Source: Candidatus Limnocylindria bacterium
Lineage (GTDB): Bacteria > Chloroflexota > Limnocylindria > P2-11E
DNA: 60,843 bases
Assembly: GCA_035699805.1 (NCBI GenBank)
Contig: DASSPF010000041.1
Span: 1-60,843 of the forward strand
Reading direction: 5' to 3'
Both the position numbers and the translations under genes were made by a program. The first letter of the stretch is position 1, and every line of letters starts with the position of its first letter. Under the pieces are notes generated by a model. It had not been told where the DNA came from. It ran no database searches and saw only the letters and a list, made by a program, of their open reading frames with translations. This document shows, in pieces, positions 1-9,810 of this stretch.

Positions 1-2925
1 CAGCGCCGCGGCGAGGAGTACTGGATCGTCGCCGGCGCGGGTACGGGGGAGCGCGTCGTCGGGACGCGCTCACCGAAGGGGCGGGGGATCGTCGGGCTGG
101 TCGTGGAGCGCCGCGCCGCGGTCGCGCTCGACGACTACGCCCAGAGCGATGTGGCCATCCCGGCGATCAAGGAGCTCGGCATCCGCTCGCTGATCAGCGT
201 GCCGATCCTCGTCCAGGGTGAGGTGGTCGCCGTCCTCGCCGTGGGGCGGCTCGAGGTCCGTCCCTTCGACGCCGAGGACCAACGCGCGCTCGAGGGACTC
301 GCGAGCCACGCCGCGATCGCCCTCCGCAACGCGCGCCTCCTCGAGCTCTCACGCCGCCTCGAGACGCTGTCGCGCGAGGTCGCCGCGGAGACCGGCGCGC
401 TCGATGCGGTCATGCGCCGGGTCGCGACGGAGATCTCCGCGGCCTACGAGTCGGGCATCGTCACGGTGTCGCGCCTCATCGGCGAAGAGGCCAGGATGCT
501 GGCGCAGGTCGGGGTCGACGACGTGACCGCTCCGCTCCTCGCGCCGCCCGGCCCGCTCGCGCGCCGCGTCATCGCGCGCCGCGAGCCGATCGTGCTGCGT
601 GACTACGCCGCGGAGATGCGCACGGATGCGCATCCGGCGGTCGCCATCGCCGACCGGATCGGCCTCCACGCGGTCATGGGCGCGCCGGTCATCGTCGAGG
701 GTGACGTCGTCGGGACCGTCATGGTCGGCACGAGCGATCCCCATCGCTCGTTCGACGCGATCGACCTGCAGGGTCTGGCGGCGTTCGCGCAGATCGCCGG
801 CGCGGCGCTGCGGTCCGCACAGGTGCGCGAAGATCGCGAGCAGCGCATCCGACGGCTCTCGACCCTCAACGTCCTCGCATGGCAGCTGGCCGCCGTGCAC
901 GAGGCGTACGAGATCGCGCGGCTGGCATGGGCCGCTGCTGGAGAGCTCCTGCCGCGTGACGCGTTCTACGTGGCGCGCTACGACCCGGACAAGCGCGAAT
1001 TCGACTTCATCCTCCAGTCGGATGGCGACGACGTGTGGCGGGGCGATCGGTATCCGCTGGGCAACGGTCCGGCGAGCCAGGTGGTCCTGACGGGCGAGGT
1101 CCACCGCGTGCGCGCTCCCGGGAGCGAGGCGCACGTGCCCCTCAAGAGCCGCGGCCGGCTCGTGGGTGTGCTGTCGAGCCAGGCGAACACCATCGGTGCG
1201 TTCGACGACGAGGATCTGGTCGTCCTCCAGTCGCTGGCGAACCTCGTCGCCACGGCGTTCGAGAACGCCGAGCACATGCAGCAGAGCCGTGAGCTCTATC
1301 TCGCGTCGGTGAAGGCGCTCGCCGCCGCGGTCGACGCGCGCGACCCCTACACCCGCAGCCACTCCGCCCGCGTCGCGGCGCTCGCACGGACGGTCGCGGA
1401 GGAGATGCGTCTGGGGGCCGACACGCTGCGGCGGGTGCAGCTCGGAGCGCTGCTGCACGACATCGGCAAGATCGGCATCCCCGACGCGATCCTGAACAAG
1501 CCCGGCCCGCTCACCGATGACGAGTGGGTGCTCATGCGCACGCACCCCGCCGTCGGTGCGTCGATCCTCGCCGCGGTGGAGCCGCTGCGCGACCTCGTGC
1601 CGATCGTGCGCACACACCACGAGCGCTATGACGGCCAGGGCTACCCAGAGCGTCTCGCGGGCGACGCGATACCGATCGAATCGCACATCGTGGCGGCAGC
1701 CGACGCATTCGAGGTCATCGTGAGCCGTCGCGCGTACAAGCAGGCGCAGACCGTGGAGTTCGCGTGTGCCGAGCTCGTGAAGAATCGTGGCGCGCAGTTC
1801 CATCCCGGCGTCGTGGACGCGTTCCTCCGGGTCGTCGAGCGGGATCGCCAGCAGGGCGCGGGCTACCTTCGCCGCATCGGCGCCATCGAGCAGGAGGAGA
1901 TCGAGAACGTGCCCGGCCCGGGCGGGGTGCTCGAGCAGTTCGCCGCGTCGGCCCACGCCCACGGGCGGCAGCTCGCGATCCTGCAGCGCCTGGCGTCCGA
2001 GATCAGCGCCGTCTTGGACATTGACGAGCTCGCCGGACGACTTCTGCGCATCGTGTGCGAGTCGATGGGCTACGAGAACGGGTTCCTGCTCACGCTCGAC
2101 GACCGAAAGGGCGGTCTGGTGGTGCGTGCGGCGGTGGGCCCGTCCGAGCCGTACGTCGGCCAGGTGCTGCCGCAGGGGACCGGCGTGAGCTGGTGGGTGG
2201 TGGAGCATGGCCTGGCCCAGCACGTCAGCGACGCGCAGAAGGATCAGCGCTTCTTCGGGCCGCCCAACATCAATACGGTCCTCGCCGTCCCGCTGCAGCT
2301 GGGCGAGGAGCGCGTGGGTGTCCTGGGCATCGAAAGCCCGCGCGAGCATGCGTTCGGTCGTGAGGACGAGGAGCTGCTCGCCGCGGTCTCGCATCAGGTC
2401 GCGGCGGCGCTCCGCGTGGCGAAGCTGCACCAGGCCGCCAAGCACGCCGCGGCGACCGATCCGCTCACGGCACTGCCGAATCGGCGCACGTTCTTCGAGC
2501 GGCTGCGGGCTGAGCTCGCGCGCGACCCCAACGCCGCACTGAGCGTCGCCGTGCTGGACGTGAACGGTCTCAAGGAGCGCAACGACGAATTCGGGCATGC
2601 CGCGGGCGACGAGGCGCTCATGCGCATCGGTGAGCTCCTCGCGGCCGGGGTGCGCGATGGCGACGTTGTCGCGCGCATGGGCGGCGATGAGTTCGCCGTC
2701 CTGTTCCCCGGCGCGACGCAGCTCGTCGCCGAGCGGGTCATGCGACGGCTGGCCGAGTCCGTCGCCGAGGGGACCGTCGCGGATGGCAAGCGCCTGCCGA
2801 CGATCGCGTGGGGCGTCGCCGACGCGTCCACCAAGACCCTCACCGCCGACGAGCTCGTGGACGCCGCCGACCGCGCCATGTACCGGCACAAGGCGAAGAC
2901 AAGGGCGCGCGCCTCGACCGCCTGA
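1..2925 (+). CDS. Multidomain c-di-GMP signalling protein: GAF-GAF / HD-GYP phosphodiesterase / GAF / GGDEF diguanylate cyclase (5' end runs off the window)
   Basis: Frame 1 is open from nt 1, so the M at 103 in the ORF track is internal. HD-GYP motifs HDIGKIGIP and HHERYDGQGYP are present. The C-terminal GGDEF motif is RMGGDEFAVLF. GAF-like segments flank the HD-GYP domain. Confidence 0.85.
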   Translation, partial: QRRGEEYWIVAGAGTGERVVGTRSPKGRGIVGLVVERRAAVALDDYAQSDVAIPAIKELGIRSLISVPILVQGEVVAVLAVGRLEVRPFDAEDQRALEGLASHAAIALRNARLLELSRRLETLSREVAAETGALDAVMRRVATEISAAYESGIVTVSRLIGEEARMLAQVGVDDVTAPLLAPPGPLARRVIARREPIVLRDYAAEMRTDAHPAVAIADRIGLHAVMGAPVIVEGDVVGTVMVGTSDPHRSFDAIDLQGLAAFAQIAGAALRSAQVREDREQRIRRLSTLNVLAWQLAAVHEAYEIARLAWAAAGELLPRDAFYVARYDPDKREFDFILQSDGDDVWRGDRYPLGNGPASQVVLTGEVHRVRAPGSEAHVPLKSRGRLVGVLSSQANTIGAFDDEDLVVLQSLANLVATAFENAEHMQQSRELYLASVKALAAAVDARDPYTRSHSARVAALARTVAEEMRLGADTLRRVQLGALLHDIGKIGIPDAILNKPGPLTDDEWVLMRTHPAVGASILAAVEPLRDLVPIVRTHHERYDGQGYPERLAGDAIPIESHIVAAADAFEVIVSRRAYKQAQTVEFACAELVKNRGAQFHPGVVDAFLRVVERDRQQGAGYLRRIGAIEQEEIENVPGPGGVLEQFAASAHAHGRQLAILQRLASEISAVLDIDELAGRLLRIVCESMGYENGFLLTLDDRKGGLVVRAAVGPSEPYVGQVLPQGTGVSWWVVEHGLAQHVSDAQKDQRFFGPPNINTVLAVPLQLGEERVGVLGIESPREHAFGREDEELLAAVSHQVAAALRVAKLHQAAKHAAATDPLTALPNRRTFFERLRAELARDPNAALSVAVLDVNGLKERNDEFGHAAGDEALMRIGELLAAGVRDGDVVARMGGDEFAVLFPGATQLVAERVMRRLAESVAEGTVADGKRLPTIAWGVADASTKTLTADELVDAADRAMYRHKAKTRARASTA

Positions 2926-3097
2926 TCCGCGTCGTGAGGCCGCGGCGGCTTCCGCTCGCGCGCCGCAAACACGGCGGGCGCGCGCCGATGCCGCGGCGGC
3001 CTACCGCCGCTCTGGCCGCCCGATGTAGCCGACTGCTCACTCGGGTCGCGCCGCGGGTCCGCGCCGCGCAGAGCGGGCGCGCCCGTCGGTACAATGG

Positions 3098-3262
3098 CGG
3101 CAGCTGGCGCTGACCGGGAAAAGGCCTGACACCAAGCAGGAAAGTCGCCCGTGAGCCGGATCGCTGACCGCGTTAGAGGTCGCTGAGGCGCGGCGAAGGC
3201 CGCGCGAAGCCCAGGTGGTACCACGGCGCTGTTCGTCCCGGGACGAGCGGCGCTTTTTGTTT
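3098..3262 (+). promoter_or_regulatory. T-box leader (tRNA-sensing riboswitch) with intrinsic terminator, upstream of valS
   Basis: The conserved T-box sequence AGGTGGTACCACGGCG (3213-3228) overlaps the 5' arm of a 12-bp terminator helix (3226-3237 pairing with 3242-3253, two G-U pairs), which is followed by TTTTTGTTT (3254-3262). Val codons GTC (3179-3181) or GTG (3151-3153) could serve as the specifier; this is not resolved. TACAAT at 3090-3095 is a possible -10. Confidence 0.7.
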
Positions 3263-3292
3263 CCCGTGAACGAGCGAAGAAGGAGAGCACCG

Positions 3293-5977
3293 ATGGACAA
3301 GGCGAGCATCGCACCGCCCGACGCCGTGCTGACCTTCAGCGAGAAGAACTTCCGTCCATCGGTCGTCGAGGGCGAGCTGTACGACTGGTGGGAGCGGTCG
3401 GGCTTCTTCGCACCGCCGGCGACGCCGGCTCCCGGCGAGAAGACCTTCGTGATGATGCTCCCGCTGCCGAACGTGACGGGCGATCTCCACATGGGCCACG
3501 CGCTGGGCTTCGGCGGCTACGAGGACCTCATGGCGCGCTGGCACCGGATGCAGGGGGACGCCACGCTGTACCTGCCCGGGACCGACCACGCCGGGATCAT
3601 CGCGCAGATCGTCGTCGAGAAAGAGCTCGCCAAGGAGACGGATAAGAAGGGTCTCACGCGCGAGCAGTTCCTCGGCGAGATGTGGAAGTGGATGCGGCAT
3701 TACCAGCCGCGTATCTACGGGCAGCTGCGCATGCTGGGGTGCAGTCTCGACTGGTCGCGCGTCCACTTCACGATGGACCCCGACATGCAGCAGCGCGTGC
3801 GGACGCACTTCATCCGCCTGTACAAGCGCGGCCGTCTGTACCGCGCAGATCGCATCGTGCACTGGTGCCTCACCTGCCAGACCACGTTCTCGGACCTCGA
3901 GCTGCTCCACGTGGAGCGGACCGACCAGCTCTCGTACGTCCGGTACCCCTGGGCCGATGCCATGCCGGATGGCACGCCCGACGTGATCGTCGCGACGACG
4001 CGGCCGGAGACGATCGTCGCGGACACCGCGGTGGCGGTGCATCCCGAGGATGCGCGCTGGAAGCCGTTCATCGGACGCGACGTGCTCGTGCCGCTGGTCG
4101 AGCGCCGGGTGAAGATCATCGCCGACGAGGCCGTCGATCCGGCGTTCGGGACCGGCGCGCTGAAGGTGACGCCGGGCCACGATCAGACCGACTTCGAGAT
4201 CGGTCAGCGCCACTCGCTGCCCATCATCAGCGCGATCGACAAGAGCGGCACGATGACCGGCCAGGCCGGCATCCTCTCCGGAGAGCTGCGCGACGCCGCG
4301 CGCGCTCGGGCGGTGGAGGTGCTCAAGCAGCGTGGCCTCCTCGTGAGGCAGGAGCCCATCACACACGCGGTCGGCATCCACGACCGCTGCCAGACGGTGG
4401 AAGAGCCGCTCGTCATGCGTCAGTGGTTCATGCGCATGAAGGAGCTCGCCGCGCCGGCCATCGAGGCGGTGCGCAGCGGGAAGATCCAGATCGTGCCCGC
4501 GTATCAGGAGAAGATCTACTTCGAATGGATGGAGAACATCCGCGACTGGGCCATCGCCCGCCAGATCTGGTGGGGCCACTCCATCCCCGCGTGGTACTGC
4601 CGGGACTGCAGCGAGATCGTCGTGCCCGACGAGGATGCTCCCGATCCGACGGCGTGTCCGAAGTGCCGGAGCAACGATCTGGCGCAGGACCCCGACGTGC
4701 TCGACACGTGGTTCTCCTCGGCGCTCTGGCCGCACACCACGCTGGGGTGGCCCGAGCGGACGGCGGATCTTGCGCGCTTCTACCCCGGGACGATGCTCGA
4801 GACGGGCTACGACATCATCTTCTTCTGGGTCGCGCGCATGATCATGATGGGCATCGAGAACATGGGCGACGTCCCCTTCCGCACCGTGTACCTGCACGGT
4901 CTGGTCCGCATCGGCGGGCAGAAGATGTCCAAGTCGAAGGGCAACGTCGAGAGCCCGGTCGGCGTCATCCAGGAGCTCGGCGCGGACACGCTGCGGTTCG
5001 CGCTCGTGAACGGCGTCTCCGCGGGGGCCGACAGCGAGCTCTCCGAGGGCAAGCTCCAGAACGCGCGGGAGTTCGCCAACAAGCTGTGGAATATCGGTCG
5101 CTTCGTCCTGCGCACGCTCGAGGCGCGCCCGCAGACGGGCTGGGCGGCCGACCGCCGGCCCGTGGACGATGCGGCGCTCGGACCGGCGGAGCGGTGGATC
5201 CTCTCACGCACCGAGGCCGCCATCGCCGAGGCCACGCGGCTGCTCGAGACCTACCACTTCGGCGAGTACGTCGCGGCGCTCCAGCAGTTCGCCTGGGGCG
5301 AGTTCGCCGACGTATACCTGGAGCTCGCGAAGTCGAGCCTGCGTGACGAGCGGCGCGCGGATGGCGCCGCGCGCACGCTCGCGTACGTGCTCGACCGTGT
5401 CCTGCGGCTCCTCCATCCGAGCATGCCGTTCATCACCGACACGCTCGCGCTCCAGCTCTGGCGCGCTCTGCCCACCGACGAGGGCGCCCCGTCGCTCGTG
5501 GTGGCTCGCTGGCCGCTCGCCGGACCGCGCGACCTCGCGCTCGAGGAGCGCTTCGCGGTGCTCGTCGACGTGGTCCGTGCGATCCGCAACCTCCGCCAGG
5601 CGGCGGGCGCGCGGCCCGGGCAGCGTCTTGCGGTCACGCTCGGCGGCGAGACCGGCGCCATCCGCGAACTGGCGGATGCGATCGCGCACCTCACGCAGAC
5701 GACCGTCACGTTCGGTGGCGGCGCCGGTCCGGCGGTGGTCGTGCGAGCGGTCGAGGTGCGTCTTGGCATCGAGCAGGACGCCGCGGGGCATCGAGCGCGC
5801 CTGGAGCGCGACCTCGCCGAGGCACGTGACGCGCTGGCCCGCTCCCGCGAGCTGCTCGCGCGTCCGGGTTTCGCGGAGAAGGCTCCGGCCGCCGTCATCG
5901 CGAACGAGCGGGCCAAGCTCGCGGAGCGGGAGGAGCGCGTGCGGCTGCTCGAGGCCGAGATCGCTCGGCTCGCCTAG
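3293..5977 (+). CDS. valS: Valine--tRNA ligase
   Basis: The protein has class I HIGH-type (LHMGHAL) and KMSKS motifs, a ValRS-like N-terminus (KNFRPSVVEGELYDWWERSGFF) and a C-terminal coiled coil. The ATG at 3293 is preceded by GAAGGAG. The longer ORF start at 3215 lies inside the T-box terminator. Confidence 0.95.
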   Translation: MDKASIAPPDAVLTFSEKNFRPSVVEGELYDWWERSGFFAPPATPAPGEKTFVMMLPLPNVTGDLHMGHALGFGGYEDLMARWHRMQGDATLYLPGTDHAGIIAQIVVEKELAKETDKKGLTREQFLGEMWKWMRHYQPRIYGQLRMLGCSLDWSRVHFTMDPDMQQRVRTHFIRLYKRGRLYRADRIVHWCLTCQTTFSDLELLHVERTDQLSYVRYPWADAMPDGTPDVIVATTRPETIVADTAVAVHPEDARWKPFIGRDVLVPLVERRVKIIADEAVDPAFGTGALKVTPGHDQTDFEIGQRHSLPIISAIDKSGTMTGQAGILSGELRDAARARAVEVLKQRGLLVRQEPITHAVGIHDRCQTVEEPLVMRQWFMRMKELAAPAIEAVRSGKIQIVPAYQEKIYFEWMENIRDWAIARQIWWGHSIPAWYCRDCSEIVVPDEDAPDPTACPKCRSNDLAQDPDVLDTWFSSALWPHTTLGWPERTADLARFYPGTMLETGYDIIFFWVARMIMMGIENMGDVPFRTVYLHGLVRIGGQKMSKSKGNVESPVGVIQELGADTLRFALVNGVSAGADSELSEGKLQNAREFANKLWNIGRFVLRTLEARPQTGWAADRRPVDDAALGPAERWILSRTEAAIAEATRLLETYHFGEYVAALQQFAWGEFADVYLELAKSSLRDERRADGAARTLAYVLDRVLRLLHPSMPFITDTLALQLWRALPTDEGAPSLVVARWPLAGPRDLALEERFAVLVDVVRAIRNLRQAAGARPGQRLAVTLGGETGAIRELADAIAHLTQTTVTFGGGAGPAVVVRAVEVRLGIEQDAAGHRARLERDLAEARDALARSRELLARPGFAEKAPAAVIANERAKLAEREERVRLLEAEIARLA

Positions 5978-6012
5978 CGGCTCGCGACCGGCGCGGTCGC
6001 CGCACGAAATTG

Positions 6013-6042
6013 GAGAGGCCCCCGGTCTTCCGGGGGCCTCTC
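6013..6042. terminator. Bidirectional hairpin terminator between the convergent valS and ABC substrate-binding protein genes
   Basis: A perfect 13-bp stem GAGAGGCCCCCGG / CCGGGGGCCTCTC with loop TCTT. Confidence 0.7.
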
Positions 6043-6085
6043 GATCGTCCTGGGTTCGGTCGCCTCCGCCGTCAGGCGGCGGGGC

Positions 6086-7420
6086 TCATTGCGCGTCCTT
6101 GAGGATCTGGTTGGCCTTGTCGCCGCCGGTCTTGATGGCGGCATCGGGTGCCGCCTTGCCCGTGAGGACCTCGGTGATCATGTTGGACACCACGTCACGG
6201 ATGTCCTGCTGGCCGCGGACGTTCGGCTCCGGAGCGCTGACACCGATCAGGTCGAAGCCCTGCTTGCCCTGCGGCACCTTGCTCCAGTACTCCTTCACGA
6301 CCGCGGAGTCGGATGCGGACTTGCGGACCGGCATGTAGAAGGACTTCGTCGCCCAGTCCGCGGTCTGTGCGCTCTCGCTGAACCACTTGATGAAGAGCCA
6401 CGAGGCGAGCTGCTTCTGGGGGGTGGTCTTCAGCACGGCGACGTTCGCGCCGAACTGGACGGTCTTCGCCTTCGCGGCGTCGGCCTGCGGCAGGTTCGCG
6501 ACGCTCCACTTCGCACCGCTCTTATCGGCAGCGGCCTTCACGAATGGCATAGACGAAGTGGAGGAGAAGAAGAACGCGAGCTTGCCCTGGGCGAAGAAGT
6601 CCTGGAAGTCGAAGCCCTTGGGGCTGTACCCGGTCCCTTCCTTGTTGAACTTGTCGTACATCTGGAGGACCGCGAGACCCTCCTTACCGTTCCACGCGAC
6701 GGTCTTGTTGTCTGCGGCCATGAGGTTGCCGCCGCGCGCGAAGACCTGCGCGTTGAAGTACGAAGCATCCGAGTTGAAGGCGAAGCCCCACTGGGTGGCC
6801 TTGCCGTCGGCGCCCTTCTTGGTCGTGGCGGCAACGGCCTCCTCGAATTCGGCCCATGTCTTGGGGATCGTCTTGCCGGCCGCCTTGAGCATGTCCTCGT
6901 TCACGTACATGACCGCGAGGGACTTGGTGAACGGCCACGAGAGCAGCTTGTTGCCGTACTGGGGGAAGCGGTTCGTGTCGTAGTAGCCCTTGTAGATGTC
7001 GTCCTGGCTGGCCTTGTCGAGGCCGTTCTTCTTGCTCGCCAGGTATGGATCGAGATCGATGACGACCTCCGCCCTGGTGTAGTCGGCGACCTGGCTCTCG
7101 TACGCGTGCACCAGGTCCGGGAGCGCGCCGGCCTGGATCGCGCCGAGCGTCTTCTGATAGAGCTGCGTGTAGTTGCCCTGGACCACGGCCTCCACGGTGA
7201 TGCCCTTGCCGTTGGTCTCGTTGAACTTCTTCACGGCCGCCTCGAGGGCGCCCTTCTGCGGGTCGCTCGTCAGCGCGTGCCACAGCGTGATGGTGACCGG
7301 GCCGGTGATGTCGAGGTCCGCTTCGGTCGTCGCCGCCGGCGCCTGGGACGCCGCCGGCGTGCTCCCGCCACAGGCCGCGATGAGCAGCGCGATGACCGCG
7401 AGGATGCTCAGTTTGCGCAT
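6086..7420 (-). CDS. Sugar ABC transporter substrate-binding lipoprotein (solute-binding family 1)
   Basis: Lipoprotein signal MRKLSILAVIALLIAACGGS. Family-1 SBP-like sequence throughout. The ATG at 7420 is preceded by AGGAGGAGG. It is downstream of two permease genes on the same strand. Confidence 0.88.
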   Translation of the reverse strand: MRKLSILAVIALLIAACGGSTPAASQAPAATTEADLDITGPVTITLWHALTSDPQKGALEAAVKKFNETNGKGITVEAVVQGNYTQLYQKTLGAIQAGALPDLVHAYESQVADYTRAEVVIDLDPYLASKKNGLDKASQDDIYKGYYDTNRFPQYGNKLLSWPFTKSLAVMYVNEDMLKAAGKTIPKTWAEFEEAVAATTKKGADGKATQWGFAFNSDASYFNAQVFARGGNLMAADNKTVAWNGKEGLAVLQMYDKFNKEGTGYSPKGFDFQDFFAQGKLAFFFSSTSSMPFVKAAADKSGAKWSVANLPQADAAKAKTVQFGANVAVLKTTPQKQLASWLFIKWFSESAQTADWATKSFYMPVRKSASDSAVVKEYWSKVPQGKQGFDLIGVSAPEPNVRGQQDIRDVVSNMITEVLTGKAAPDAAIKTGGDKANQILKDAQ

Positions 7421-7495
7421 GGGCTCTGTCCTCCTCCTACCTTCCACACGACTCTGCGTCGGGCAGATGAACGCTACGTCAGCGGTGCGTGAATG

Positions 7496-8371
7496 CTAGC
7501 CACGGATGCCCGTCCTCGCGATCCCCTGCACCAGGTAGCGCTGGCCCACGAGATACAGCAGTACCACCGGTGCCACGACGAACGAAGCCGCCGCCATGAG
7601 CAGATGGTACTGCGAGCCAGCCTCGCCTCGGAACGCGTTCAGGCCGACCTGGATGGGCCGGATATCCGGATTCGAGGTGACGATGAGCGGCCACTGGAAC
7701 GAATTCCAGCTGCCGTAGAACGAGATGATGGCCACGGTGACGAGTGCGGGGACGGAGATCGGCAGCACGATGGACCAGAGGAAGCGGATGTGCCCCGCGC
7801 CGTCGATGCGCGCGGCGTCCTGGAGCTCCTGCGGCACCGACAGGAACTGCTGGCGCAGGAGGAAGATCGAGAACGCCGAGGCGACGAAGGGCAGGATCTG
7901 TGCGGCATACGAGTCGTACAGCCCGAGGCGGAGGATCGGGAAGAACGCGTTCCCGTTCGCGGGTGGCTTGCTCATCATGACGAAGTTCGGGATGAGCGTC
8001 GCCTCCGCCGGCATCATGTACGTCGCGAGCAGGACGGCGAACAGGACGTACTTGCCCTTGAAGCGCATGCGCGCGAACGCGTAGGCGGCGAGGACGCTCG
8101 TGACGAGCTCGCCGAGCGTGCTCGCGACCGCGATGAACACGGTGTTGGCGAAGTAGCGCAGCCACGGGGCCTTGCTCCAGGCCTCCGGATAGTTCTCGAG
8201 CGTCGGCTCCAGCGGAAAGATGGTCGGCGGAATGGCGGTGGCCTCGCCGAACGTCTTCAGCGACGTCGTGAGCATGTAATAGAAGGGGTAGGTGACGAGC
8301 ACGCCGACGACGATCAGGAACAGATGCTTGGAAAGGCCCGATCGGAGGGTCGTCATGCTTGCCCGGGTCAT
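7496..8371 (-). CDS. Carbohydrate ABC transporter permease (MalG-like)
   Basis: A six-TM permease with an EAA-type loop (DAARIDGAG). There is an ATGA overlap with the upstream permease gene. Confidence 0.9.
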   Translation of the reverse strand: MTRASMTTLRSGLSKHLFLIVVGVLVTYPFYYMLTTSLKTFGEATAIPPTIFPLEPTLENYPEAWSKAPWLRYFANTVFIAVASTLGELVTSVLAAYAFARMRFKGKYVLFAVLLATYMMPAEATLIPNFVMMSKPPANGNAFFPILRLGLYDSYAAQILPFVASAFSIFLLRQQFLSVPQELQDAARIDGAGHIRFLWSIVLPISVPALVTVAIISFYGSWNSFQWPLIVTSNPDIRPIQVGLNAFRGEAGSQYHLLMAAASFVVAPVVLLYLVGQRYLVQGIARTGIRG

Positions 8372-9372
8372 CCGTAGTGCACCCGGCGCTCGAGCACGCG
8401 GAACTGCACCAGCGTGAAGATGAGGATGATCACGGTGAGCAGGACGCCCATGGCGGAGCCAAGGCCGATCTGCCCCTGCTGGAAGAACGTGCGGAAGACG
8501 AGCATGGACACCGTGCGGGTCGTATCGAGCGGGCCGCCGTTGGTGAGGACGAAGATCTCATTGAACGCGCGGAGCACGCCGATGCTCGCGATCGTGAAGA
8601 CGAAGAAGATCTGCGGCGAGAGGAGCGGCAGCGTGATCCGCGTGAACAGCTGACGCTGCGACGCGCCATCCAGCCTCGCCGCTTCGTAGTACTCCGCCGG
8701 GATGTTCCCCAGACCGGCCAGGAAGATGACGATCTGGAAGCCGAGGAAGTGCCAGATCGAGAAGATGGCGACGGACGCGAGGGCCAGGCTCGGCCCGCCG
8801 GCCCAGTCGGGCAGCGTGGCGCCGAAGCGGTCGGCGATCATCGCGAACACGCCGTTCGGCTCGTCGAACCAGGTGAGCGCGCCGATGCCGACGCGCTCGA
8901 GGGCCGCGTTCACGGGCCCGTAGTTGGGGTGGAATACCCAGTTGAACACGGTCGCCGCCGCCACCGTCGAGGTGACGTAGGGCAGGTAGTAGATGGTGCG
9001 GTACGCGCTGCGGGCGTGGATCTTCTGGAAGAGCACATAGGCGATCACCAGCGCGAAGGCGATCTCGAAGGGGATCGTGATGGCGGCGTAGGTGAAGGTG
9101 GTCGAGAGCGATCGCCAGAAGGCCTCGGCGCGCGCCCCGAACAGGATGTCCGTGTAATTGGTCAACCCACGGAAGTCCTGGGGCGTGAACGGGCAGAAGA
9201 CGGCGCAGCGATAGAGCGAGATGTACAGGGCGTAGATGGCCGGGAGGATCTTGAAGACGAAGAGGAGCAGGAACGCGGGGACCAGGAAGGCGTACGCCCA
9301 GGCGCTGTCGACGAGGATGCGGCGGCGGCGCGAGGCCGCTCGCTGGTCCGTGGCGATAGCCCCTCCCGACAC
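8368..9372 (-). CDS. Carbohydrate ABC transporter permease (MalF-like)
   Basis: The EAA loop is YEAARLDGAS within a multi-TM profile. The GTG start at 9372 is uncertain because the Shine-Dalgarno spacing is poor. Confidence 0.85.
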   Translation of the reverse strand: MSGGAIATDQRAASRRRRILVDSAWAYAFLVPAFLLLFVFKILPAIYALYISLYRCAVFCPFTPQDFRGLTNYTDILFGARAEAFWRSLSTTFTYAAITIPFEIAFALVIAYVLFQKIHARSAYRTIYYLPYVTSTVAAATVFNWVFHPNYGPVNAALERVGIGALTWFDEPNGVFAMIADRFGATLPDWAGGPSLALASVAIFSIWHFLGFQIVIFLAGLGNIPAEYYEAARLDGASQRQLFTRITLPLLSPQIFFVFTIASIGVLRAFNEIFVLTNGGPLDTTRTVSMLVFRTFFQQGQIGLGSAMGVLLTVIILIFTLVQFRVLERRVHYG

Positions 9373-9392
9373 CTTCGGCGATGATATCCAGC

Positions 9393-9719
9393 GTGCCGAT
9401 CTACGACTATCGCTGCGACCACTGCGGACACGCCTTCTCGGTCGTCCTCTCGTTCACCGACAAGGCGGTGGAGGTCTGTCCGAGCTGCGGCAAGCGGCCC
9501 CGCAAGCTCCTCGTCGCGCCGGCGGTCGTCTTCAAGGGCTCCGGCTGGTACAAGACCGACAGCCGCAGCGCACCCAAGAGCGAGGGTGGGAGCGCGCCCG
9601 CCTCCAAGCCAGAGACCGCGAAGGAGGGCAGCGGTACGTCGTCCGCGGGGGGCGACGCGCCGGCGGCCGCGCCCAAGTCAGCGCCGGCGGCCCCGGCGAA
9701 GAGCGAGGCGACGTCGTAG
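9393..9719 (+). CDS. FmdB-family zinc-ribbon protein
   Basis: (M)PIYDYRCDHCGH...CPSCG has two CxxC pairs, followed by a low-complexity Ala/Pro/Ser tail. The GTG at 9393 gives the family-typical MPIY(D/E)YRC N-terminus. The ATG at 9381 is an alternative start. Confidence 0.8.
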   Translation: MPIYDYRCDHCGHAFSVVLSFTDKAVEVCPSCGKRPRKLLVAPAVVFKGSGWYKTDSRSAPKSEGGSAPASKPETAKEGSGTSSAGGDAPAAAPKSAPAAPAKSEATS

Positions 9720-9810
9720 GCGGTCGGCCGCACCGGGCTGGCCACGCGGCGGTCCTGGTATCGGCCGTGCTCAGGCTGAGCGGAGTGACGACGATGGAAG
9801 CGCTGTCCTA

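Noticed and set aside
349-2889. An 846-aa ORF antisense to the GAF/HD-GYP/GGDEF gene.
   Set aside because: It is a shadow ORF typical of very GC-rich DNA. The composition is Arg/Gly/Ala/His/Pro-rich with no motifs, and it is fully contained in a well-supported gene on the other strand.
3090-3095. TACAAT as the valS/T-box promoter -10 element.
   Set aside because: It is striking in a GC-rich context and well placed, but there is no convincing -35 or extended -10 upstream. It is mentioned only as a possibility, not listed as a feature.
3173-4897. A 574-aa ORF antisense to valS, plus the 554-aa alternative-frame ORF at 3682..5346.
   Set aside because: valS has unambiguous HIGH/KMSKS signatures in its own frame. 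The competing frames are low-complexity Arg/Pro/Gly translations.
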